Shown: piece after piece, positions 26,001-35,752 of the stretch
How positions within the stretch are numbered: position 1 is the first letter of the stretch
How the letters are laid out: each line of letters starts with the position of its first letter
Assembly (NCBI GenBank): GCA_004431415.1
Contig: QPMI01000046.1
Span: forward strand, 1-64,000
Direction: 5' to 3'
Length of the DNA: 64,000 bases
Origin: Cyanophora paradoxa CCMP329
Taxonomy: Eukaryota > Plantae > Glaucophyta
The notes under the pieces: model-generated
Databases searched by the model: none
What the model saw: the letters and a program-made list of their open reading frames with translations, nothing else
What the model was told of the DNA's origin: nothing
Program-made: the position numbers and the translations under genes

Positions 26001-26125
26001 CGACCCGAAGGCATCGCCGAGGACGGGATTTCGAGACGGGGAGAGGTGGGGGGCAACAAAATGGTTGCGATTCCCGGCAGTGGCGCACAAAGACGCCCAG
26101 AGACGACCAAGTCTCATATCGAACC

Positions 26126-26197
26126 ACCCTCTTGGCTCAGGTGGTAGAGCGTCTGCTCTACGAGCCAGGAACCCGGGTTCGAATCCCGAGGACGGGA
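26126..26197 (+). tRNA. tRNA-like pseudogene (possibly Arg-ACG derived), copy 1
   Basis: 72 nt; D arm GCTC-aggtggta-GAGC; GGTTCGAATCC B box; CT-ACG-AG loop; acceptor and anticodon stems imperfect. Confidence 0.6.
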
Positions 26198-26296
26198 TTT
26201 CGGAACGGAGGGGGAAGAGGTGGGGGGCGAAATGGGTCGTGATTCCCGGCAGTGGCGCACCAGACGCCGAGACGAACAAGTCTCTCATATCAGACC

Positions 26297-26368
26297 ACCC
26301 TCTTGGCTCAGTTGGTAGAGCGTCTGCTCTACGAGCCAAGATCCCCGGTTCGGATCCCGCGGACGGGA
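26297..26368 (+). tRNA. tRNA-like pseudogene, copy 2
   Basis: TGGCTCAGTTGG A box, GGTTCGGATCC B box, same layout as copy 1. Confidence 0.6.
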
Positions 26369-26430
26369 TTTCGGAACGGAGGGGGAAGAGGTGGGGGGCG
26401 AAATGGGTCGTGATTCCCGGCAGTGGCGCC

Positions 26431-26788
26431 TGTCGCGTGCGGGATTAGTAGTGAGGCACGCGGGGAGGTTCCCGGTCGAGCGTGGCTCGACGGGGCTCAG
26501 TGGATCACGAGAAACCACAGTGCAAGCCAGTAGTATTGGTAGAACTGTGTACCCGGACAGACCCGGTACACGTACCCCTAGCTCGGAGTACTTCGGTCAC
26601 TGACTCAGGGGAATAGCTGTACCCTGGCAAATACACGTGTTCGGCCGTGGCGTACTAACGCCGACACCGGCCCTAGCGGCCCGTAGGCAGCTCTGCAACT
26701 AGCAGCACGAAGGCTGCACCTAGCTACTAGTAAGGTAGCTGTACAAGCTCATAGAAGCGCTAGGACAGCGCTAATCCTGAATGCGACA
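26431..26788 (-). repeat. LTR of G2 in minus orientation, with PPT upstream and PBS downstream
   Basis: Reverse complement of 15986-16343. Confidence 0.92.
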
Positions 26789-26800
26789 ACTCCCCCTCTT
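26789..26800 (-). promoter_or_regulatory. Polypurine tract of G2
   Basis: Minus strand aagagggggagt immediately before TGTCGC. Confidence 0.85.
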
Positions 26801-28174
26801 AAGACTGCGTCCCCGCAGGCTACATTTCTGAAATGACCGGCGACTGCCGGGAATGAATAGGCTTTGAAGCCGGTACTCGCTCTACGGCAGCCGACTGCCG
26901 GGAATGAAAAGACTGTCAGCCGGATGCCGTTGAATTTCTTGAAAGGCCATTCCGGCCGCCATAGGCGGGTACGGGGATTTGATCTCCAGGGGAGGAGTGA
27001 TCGGCGGCAAGGAAGCCGCGGGTTTTGCCCAATGGGCGACGGACTGAGGTCCAACTTCATGTTCTCATGTAGAGTTTCCGCGTGAAGGGAGGCTCGGGGC
27101 CCCCTTGGTGCCATGCATGCACAGCGAGAGCACGCCGCAGATGCGTACGCGAAAGAGCAGCGCGGGGCGACGCGGCGCGCTGGCATTAGTGAATTCGCAC
27201 ACACCGAGACAATACGGCTAATGATAGAACTGAGGAGTCCGTAAAGTGTCAAGTCGAAAGATGAGCCTACTGGTTACGCCGGGTAGGGAACCTATCAGCC
27301 ATCGGACAGGGTGGAGCTAGTCAAGGAGACGTAAACTAAAGCAAAGCTAACCCAGAGCAGAGAGCTACTACCTATACATCTAGCCTAGCTTAGGACTAGG
27401 CTACCGAGAGGACTACCCAGGGTCTACGAGAGGGAGGTAAATTAAAACACTACTACTGCTAGTGCTGCCTGCCTAGGGACCGTCGGGACGTCCGGAGCTC
27501 GCGGGCTGTTCTACTGTACGGTAGGAAAGCCAGGACGGACCCGCGGTCTAATCTGCCTACTCTCGACGCGGCCGCGACTACAGCTAGCGCGGCGGGCTCC
27601 GCGTCGAGGGGGCCGCTCGCCCGAAGCGCGGGTGGAAGCACGTCGGCGTAGAGGGGCCGAGGGGAATGAGGCGAGGGGGGACGTTGCGGGGAAGAAGTGG
27701 GGCGGGACGGAGAAGGTCGGCGCCGGCCGTGGCGGGGAGGGGGAGGGTCGGATTTCTCGGTCAGCAGGGCTTCCAGCCTCGAACCAGCCGCCGCACCCCC
27801 GCCGCGGGCAATTGCGAGCCCCCCTCCGCGGCGGTCCTTCAACCCACGGTCCTGGCACGATGGCCGGGTATCTGGTGGGTGCAACGACCAGCCGAAGCCT
27901 TCCGCCAAGCCTTCCGATCCATCGTTCCCTCCCTGTCGAGGCGCGAGGAGCGCGGGCGAGGTCGTGAATGGGAGGCAGGGCCAAGAGAGCGAGCGGGAGG
28001 GCAGAGCGGGAGAGGGAGGCAAGGCAGGCGCTCGCTTGGGCGGGGCCCAGCGAGTCGGTCGGGGCGGCTATATCTAGTGTGTGCGAGGCTAAGAGTAGAT
28101 CAGGTAAGTTTCTCGAGGACTAGGTATGGTGAAGTAGTAGGTAGGTGGTGTCGAGAGTCTCCTCCCGACGTAGC

Positions 28175-28196
28175 CCCCCCCCCCCCCCCCCCCCCT
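28175..28196 (-). repeat. Poly-G tract (about 22 nt) in the LINE 3' UTR
   Basis: C homopolymer on the + strand just beyond the ORF2 stop. Confidence 0.9.
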
Positions 28197-28218
28197 TTCG
28201 CGCGGCTCGGGGTACCGT

Positions 28219-31200
28219 TTAGAGCGGGCTAGGATGTGACTCCCAAGGGCGTACCTTGACGCAATCGTAGAGCTCTTGGGCGCGGAGCGCCGCCTTCCAG
28301 CCCGCGTACTCCGGTGGGCAGTCTGCGTTCCGAGCGGCGTTGAGTAGATTGTGAAGGCGAATCGGCCCGTCGCAGGCGGCGCAGACTTCCTTACAGGTCC
28401 GGGGCCGCGGGCCCGCTCTCGGCGCGGGCGCCCGTGCGGGGCGGGCGCGGTCGCTTCTTTGAGGCCTGGGAGACGCGGCAGTCGCGTTCCCACTCCGCGT
28501 TGATTTCGCAGCGACGTGACCAGAGGCGTCGGGCCCGTTCCAGAAGCGTTTGCCGAACGCGTTTAGCTGCGCGTGCCGCGTACCGGGGTGCAAGGTTCAG
28601 GCAGCGTGTGAGGGCGCTTTCTAGACTCTGCGGAGCAAGGCCCTGGAGCACCCAGAGGCGCGGATACGCGTACGGCCTACCATCGTAGCTGCGCGCCTCG
28701 GTGTCGTCGTCCGCGACGCGGAGGAAGATTGGGACCAGGTCGGGAGCAAGGAGGGCTCCTGCTGGCGGCGCTGTGAGGCCGTGGGCCTCTCTGTATGCGC
28801 AGAGCAGAAGTCGGTTCAGTTCGCGAGCAGTCTCCGCGCGGTGCGCGACCGCATGCGGACCCGGGCACAGGAAGACGTGCGGGAAAGTTTCAGTCGGGCC
28901 TGCGGTGAGAGCCGTCGGTGCCCGGATCGGGCGGCTGGCGCCCGCTGCTGGTTGAGCATGCGAGGCCTCTGTTGCAGTCTGGCTGTTCTGTGAGGCTGTC
29001 GGGCCGCTAGTCTCTGCACGAGGGAGCGGCGTTCTGGTGGCGCAGCCCGCACAGCGTCCCCAGGGTTGCAGGCGGCGTAGAGTTCCTTCTGGTCACGTAC
29101 CCGGACTTCGTTCGCTGGTAGCGAGCTACAGAGCAGCTGCGTCCGAAACTTGAATAGCGCGTTGCGGGCTCCATTGGCGCCTTGGAATCGGGAACCTACG
29201 CTCGTTTCCGCATATAGCCCTGCTATGTCTGCGCCGTCGGCGCCTCGGCGCAGGAGCGCGCCAGCCAGCGGTTGTTGGGTCCAGGCAAAGTGCGTCTGGT
29301 GTTCGTGAAGTGCGTCCATGTGTGCCTTGGGGTCCCCTTCCACCCGTCGTGTGCGCCCGTCGGGGTCGCTGATGGTGAGCACCGCAGGCATGCTGAAGGC
29401 CGGCGGCAGAAAGAGAGGCTCATGCCGGTGTTCGTCCGCCAGCTCCAGGTCGGCCGCCACGTTCGCTCCGGCGTCCGCGACGTCGTTGTGGGGGTCGCGG
29501 GCGTCGCCCTTTGCGTGCGCTTTGACTTTGACGAGTTTGAGCGGCCGCCCGCGCTCCTCTAGCAGTGTCCTGAGCTTGCTCCATGCGTACAGTTCCGCGG
29601 AGCAGGCGTGCCGGATGTATTCCCGCGGGCTGCGGCAGCTCGCGTGCTGGACGAAATCGGAGTACCAGCGGATCGCGTTCATGTTGTCGACGTGTAGAAC
29701 CGCTCCGAAAGGCGAGAGCAGGTCAGCCATAAGCGCCGCCTGGAGTTCCGCCTTGTTGATCTCCTGCAGGCCCCGGAGCCGGGCAAAGAAGTCCGTGAGG
29801 ATACCCGGCGGGTGCAGGCTTGCGCCAGTTCTGAGGTCCGTTTCCGGCCAGTGTACTGCGTAGCCCGCGCGAGCGTTAACCGTCTGGCCCTCTTTCAGGC
29901 TCCCGTCCGTCCAGGCGTACGCTGGGGCGTCGGCCACGTATGAGCCGCCAGGCGCCGCCTCGGCCTCCAGGTGCTCTTTGCGGTAGCGGGCTTCGAGGCC
30001 CTTCCAGGTCTCCAGGTATGCAACCCAACTGTACGGGTCGGCCTGATAGTAATATAGCTCGCGCGCCTCCTTGTTGGAGCTGACCGGGGGCGCTTCATCT
30101 TGCGGCAGGGGGGGCAAGTCGGGCGGGTTCGCCTCGAGCGTGGCGAGGTGAGCGGCGTCGGGCTCGGAGAGGAGGTGCCAGTTGACCCGCTCATCGCCCT
30201 CCTGCTTTGCCTGCAGCAGCATCCGCCATCGGTGCGCAGTGATGGTCGCGGCCGCCTGCCTGGAGGGCTTGAAGTATTCAAGACGGGCTTGGCGCAGGAC
30301 CTGGCGACTGGCGCGCCCCGAGCGCGTCTGTACCTGCCCCTCGCATTCTTCCACGGGGGCGCCCGACACTTCTACTAGCTCCACCGTGCCGGGGATCGTG
30401 CAGAGTGCGGACGCGTGCTCTACCCATCCTCCCACCGCCGTCCCGTACTTGCCCTCGTCATCGCAGGTGCTCGTCGCCCGGCAGGCCGCGCCGGCGCCTT
30501 GAGGGCAGACGTGGTCGTCGTGCCAGTGGCGGCGGCCCTCTCCCGGTACGATATTAAAGCGGCGCGCAGCTGGGGCGGGCGGCCCTTCGCGGGGTCCGAG
30601 CTGACAGTGGCCATCGCAGCGGCAGTAGGCTCCGTCGGCCTCGTCGTCGGCCTCTTCTGGGACGGGGACCCAGTGCTCCAGCCGGCACTCCGTCGCTACT
30701 AGGCTGCCGGCCTCAGCCTCGGCGGAGCGGACCCGGCCGATTTCCGGTACCGCATCCGTCTCGTGAATCGTTGCGAGGTCGTAGTAGCAGACGAAGTCTC
30801 CCGGTTGGTGAATTAACTTCCTTGCCCCGCCCGGAAGCTGTACCATGGCCGAGGAAGGGGTACCGGGCGGTTGCCGCATGGGGTATCGGAGGGCGCCCGA
30901 ACCGCGCCCGTCGATCGTGAGGGCCTTGGCCACCGCCTTCCACCAGGCGGGCGCTGCCCAAGGGAGCGTGCCGCAGGGGGCGCGGAGGTGCAGGTCTCGC
31001 CAGGTGCAGAGGCGTTCCCCATCGCGCGCCGTGACGTCGGACATCCAGTAGAGCCGTGCGCGGTGGAGGGCGGGCGCGGCCGTGCTGAACACTTCCCGGG
31101 GAATGTGTGAGGCAAGCACGAATTCCCGGCGCAGTTCCGCGGGGTCGGGCCAAGTGGCTGCGGGGGGGTACGGCGTAAACAGGAAGCGGGCGTGGTTGGA

Positions 31201-34200
31201 CTGGATCCGGTAGAGCCGGCGCTGCAGGAGCGGCATCACTGCGGCGATTGCGTTCGATCGAGCAAGCTGGCGTGACACTGGGGCGTTCAGGAACTCGGTC
31301 GGCAGCAGCGGGACGCCTAGCTTTCGCTGGAGGTCTCGGATGCGGTGCAACATCACCTGGGATAGCAGCTCTTCCGGTTCTCCACAGAGCCGCACGAGCA
31401 GATCCGTGATTTGGTTCTTGGCCATCAGGTGCGCTGTGCGCGGCAGGCTGTACGTGCCGTGGCTCCAGAGCGCGTAGTTGGAAGTCGATGCCGCCAGGCC
31501 CCCATGGTGCTTAACCACGCGCATCCAGATGGCATCTAGGCGATCGCACTGCTTCTCTGTGAGCGGCGTCACTTTGAGCCCGTAGGCGATCCGCGCCTGC
31601 ACGACGGCCTCGACAACGTAGCAGGCCTCTTGCGCGGTCAGCTGCTTACGAGCTATGACCGCCACCGTCTCGCGAGCCTGCGCTTCCATCTGTCTGATCT
31701 GCTCCTTCCACGACAGGTTCGCGGTCAGATAGACGCCGAGCAGCTTGAAATGCTCGCCCGGTTTCAGCTTCTTGCCGACCGGGACGCGGGGGTTGCCGAG
31801 TAGCGGGGGTTCAGGCTCCGGTGAGACGTTGTTGTACGCAAACTCTGTTTTCCGCGCGTGGATCCCTTCGGCCGATCCGCTCATCCACTGCGTGTCGTCC
31901 GCGTAGGCGCTCCCGGTCACCCGTGCGGGGGCGAAGTCCGCGTCGTCTTCGCCCACGCCCATGACGTACGCGACCCCCGCGCCCCCCTTTTCCTGCTCGA
32001 GCCTGTCCAATTCTTGTTGAGCGCAGAGCAAGGCATCGTAGAAGATGAGCCAGTGGAGCGGGGATTCGATGCCGCCCTGCGGGAGCCCACATTCGAGTTC
32101 AAACACGTCTGACAGTCCGTGGCCCGTGATAGCTCGCGCCCGGCGTCGTTCGAATATGTTGCGGTGCAGGTCGATGTACGTCTCGGGGGCCCCAATGCGT
32201 CGGAGGGAGAGCTCCATGCTGGCCCAGGAAACTGAATCGTACGCCCGCCTGATATCCTGTAGCAAGAGGTAGATGGGCTTGCGGTGCTCCTTAGCGTCCT
32301 CTAGAATAGCGACCATTAGGTGAAGGGCATCGTCTGTCGCCTTAGCTTTCCTGAAGCCATAATTTACCCCCTTAAGGATTCCGTGCTTCTCGATGGCCTC
32401 GGCTAGCCGTTTCGTGACGAGGCCCGTCGTTAGCTTGAGGCCAACTTCCTGCAGCGTGATCGGGCGGAGGTTCCCTTCAATGTCTCCGTCCCAGCTCCCG
32501 TTCTTGGGGATCCCGAAGATATTGCTCTCACACATCTCGGCGGGCAGGTCGCGCAGGCGGAGGGCCTCGCAGACGATGGCCATCAGGAGCCGACGACCGC
32601 GGGGGGGGTACGCCTCTGGATCCATGGCGTCCGGCAGGTCGAGGTTCCAGAGCGTCTTCAGGATCGCGTTCGTGCAGTTGGAGGGCCCTCCCGCTCCGTC
32701 CGTGAGCGAGCGCACGTGTGCCCCTAGTTCTTCGTACGTAGGTTCAGTCATGACACCCGCGAAGGCTTCCGCGGTCACCACGTGCGTCCCGAGGGGGCGG
32801 TAGAGCGCGCGCCAGAAGTCAGGGGGCAGGAAAGCTAGCTGGGAGTCGGGTATTGAGTCCGCTGTGCCCCCTACCAGGGGGTTTCTCTTCGCACACCACT
32901 GACGCCAGTGCTCCGCCATCACTGCCTTCACCTCCTCGGGTGCCGTGTAAATTTCATAGAAGTTGCCTTCGCGCGCGAGGCGGGTGACGTGCATGATCGG
33001 CTCCCCCCTGGACCGCTCCAGAATGGAGTCTAGATAGCTGCGCAGTTTGCGCGGGTCTGCAAACCGGGCCTGGCGCGCAGTAACGAATTCCTGGATCTGT
33101 CGCTGCTTTTCTGCGCGCGTCTCGTGTTGGTGGCGCCGGCGGACGCGGTTGCGCCACGCGTTCAGCGACCGGAAGTATAGCCGCCACGCTACGTAGCGCC
33201 CCGGGAACGGCGCCTCGTCGTCAGCGTCGCGTACGGGGCGGCGGGGCATGGGTTCGGGTCCGGGGACGAGCCCTTTGATGAGAGCCTCCAGTTTCTCGAT
33301 CCGGGCGACCAGCGGGGCCGACGGCAAACCTCCGGGCGCTTCAACAGACCATCCAGCGATCAGGCGCTCCACTTTCTTGGACATGACCAGCTGCCACGGC
33401 ACCGTTCTGCGAGTGGGCGGGCGCGATCCTCGGGCTTTCAAGCATTTGTGTTCCTTAGCGAGCGCCAGCACCGCCTCCGTGGCCTGTCGGTAGAGAGAGC
33501 TGACCCGGTCCCTGCGCTCATGTTCCGTGCCCGCCGCGCCCAGCGCTTTCTCAAGATCGTTTTCCAGAGCTTGCAGACGGTCTTCTACAGCCTTTCGGAA
33601 GGCCGGCAGCTTCTCCTTCTCCAGCAAGTGCGGTGCGAAGAGCGGCGGCGGGTGCGCCGGGCGGGCCTCGCCCTCGGGCGGCCTGACGAGTTCGGCTTTG
33701 AGCAGATCGTAGTCGGCCATGACCGGGAAGTGGTCAGAGGGGTGCGGTAGCGCCACCTCTGGCGGCAGCGGGTGCACCGCCAGGAGCGCTGGCGCGAGAC
33801 CTGCAGAGTGTAACACCGCATCGATACGTCCTGCCGAGAGGGCCGCGGCGTCTTCGGCGACGGCGGGCCCGTCCATTTGCTGGTCCTGTTCCGAATCCGA
33901 GTCGTCGGCGTCGTCGTCCCCGCCTCCCTCTTCGGCGCCGTGCGGGTTCGGGCCGCGCCTGATGAAGGTAACTTCGTGTTCGTGGCCTTTCTGTGACGCC
34001 GCGTCAACTAGCGCCCAGGTGCCGGACAGCTTTCCCCACCACTCGCGTTCAGGCGTCCAGGACTGGACGAATCGTCCCGCGCGGATGCGGGACGTGGCCG
34101 GCGTCTTCACGGAGTTCCAGTCGCCGAGAAGGATGAGGTGCGCGGACGAGCGCGATCGGAAGTCCGCGTAGATGCGCTCGATGCATTCGATGAGCGCCGC

Positions 34201-34734
34201 CTGATCGGTCTTGTGCTCAGGCTTCCGTTGGGTGGCCGGCATGTAGACGCTCACTACGAAGAGCTGGCGGTTTCCCTTGAAGCGCATTTCACAGCCGGCA
34301 AGCCGGCCCGGGTAGCTATAGTGACGCGCAATGTGCCGCGCCCAGGGCGCCGCCACCCATAGCGCCGCTCCGTTTCCTTTCGGTTTTGTTTTCTTAATTG
34401 AGTGGATTAGGCGGCCTCGCGTGATCGAGCTCGTGGGGGGCTTGCCGGGTTCCGCTGCCGGGGTGAAGAGCGCCGAGTGCAGTTCAGCGCGCGTGACTGA
34501 GAGCTCTTGGAGAGCCATCACGTCGACCCCCCACTTCACGGCGAAGTCTTCGGCCTGCTGGAGCCGGCCCTCGGACGTGCCCCGCACGTTAAATGTTACC
34601 ACCCTTAGGTGCCCCGCGGGCTTGTTGCGCATAAGCGAGGGTGACGGGCCCACAAGCGGGCTGTCTCGGGCGTAGTGGGCAGGTGGGAAGATATCACGTA
34701 GTGTTATTGGTGGTTCCGCTGTTGTCACACTCAT
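28219..34734 (-). CDS. LINE ORF2: AP endonuclease, reverse transcriptase, RNase H, C-terminal Zn knuckle (3' end frameshifted)
   Basis: TFNVRG, LQE, VYMP, LGDWN, RIDAV, SDHFPV (APE); LRPITL, GFR, QDIRRAYDSV, GLPQGGIESP, YADD, KLLGV (RT); WTDGS, NKAEL, VDN, KVKAH, NDVAD (RNase H); ETFPHVFLC in a shifted frame near 28870. Confidence 0.95.
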
Positions 34735-34851
34735 GGCGGGATAGCCAGGGGGTGGAGATCTACCGATAGCAAGTGTGTGCGGGGGCATGTCGGGCGGTCC
34801 TGCCTCCTTTCTGGAGCCGGCGTGGGGGACGGGTGGCGGCCTGCGTGTCTT

Positions 34852-35372
34852 TCAGGGGGCGCCGTCGACGCCTCCGCGGCGTCTGGGGCGCAGGGCGCGC
34901 AGCTTACTGCCCAGCGTTGCGCAGTCACGGGTCTCTTCCAGCCGGTACTGGTGTGTCTGCGACGGTGCGAGGCAGTGAGGGTGCGGGCGGCAAGGGCACG
35001 GGATGAGGGGCTGTTCCCTGGCGGTGCACCTCCGCACCGGGCGTCCAGGTGGCCCACGAGGCCCGACCATTGAATGCCAATGCGTCCGCGGCGGCGCGGC
35101 CCGCCTTTCGTCCAAGGAGCGAGGTCCCGAGCTTTGATCCAGAGCTCGTGGCCGCGGCAGTTTGAGCTGACCGCTTCTATGGTTTCGAAAGTACCCGGCA
35201 GCACTAGCAACCCGTGACTAGGGTGGAAGAGCGCGTGGTGTAGGCCGAGGACGCTTTGCAAGACGCGGATGGCCGGGTCGTCGACGGCTACTTCGTATGT
35301 AACGTCATTGTATTCGCCGGTCGCCATGAGTTGCGCGAGGGTCGGGCGGGGCGCCGGCTCCGGCGTCGCCAT
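34852..35372 (-). CDS. Small extra ORF (~170 aa) between LINE ORF1 and ORF2, unknown function
   Basis: gccATGg start; globular-looking sequence NDVTYEVAVDDPAIRVLQSVLGLHHALFHPSHGLLVLPG; probable frameshift in the 3' part. Confidence 0.45.
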
Positions 35373-35752
35373 GGCGGGGTGGATTCTGGTGGGGGTACGT
35401 GTGGTCCATTCTCCGGGACTCGTGTACATGTGTATATGCATGGTCCGGATCCTAGTCATAAGGATTGTTAATTGCGCGGCAGCCGACCCGGCAACGCCTC
35501 CGGAGTCCGGACTCCGGATCCGGGGCTAGCCCGGCCCGGGTCAGCCAAGCTAGCGCTGGGCTCACGCGTGGCGCGGCGCCGGCGTCGGCTTGCGAGTGCG
35601 GGTGGCGCAGGCACAGCCGCCACCGTCTTCGCGCGCCGACTCTCTGATACCAGTACTCGGGCGGGGCGTAGTTCTGCCACCTCCGTTCACGTACTACTGC
35701 AACACATGCGCACAGCTGCAGTCGAACTAGCTGACGAAAGAGAAGCTCTAGT

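Larger units (their letters stand above)
26019..26430. repeat. 171-bp tandem array (~2.4 units): pseudo-tRNA, purine tract and tRNA-Asp 3'-end copy per unit
   Basis: gattcccggcagtggcgc at 26069, 26241 and 26412; tRNA-like blocks at 26126 and 26297. Confidence 0.9.

Noticed and set aside
26126-26368. Functional amber-suppressor (CTA) tRNA
   Set aside because: The CTA register puts C at position 37 and gives no anticodon stem; the acceptor stem also lacks a base
26019-26430. CRISPR array
   Set aside because: Whole units repeat with no unique spacers; no cas genes; eukaryotic context
15986-26788. DIRS-like element or TIR DNA transposon with 370-bp inverted termini
   Set aside because: The repeats have TG..CA ends, a PPT and a PBS; no tyrosine recombinase or transposase lies inside
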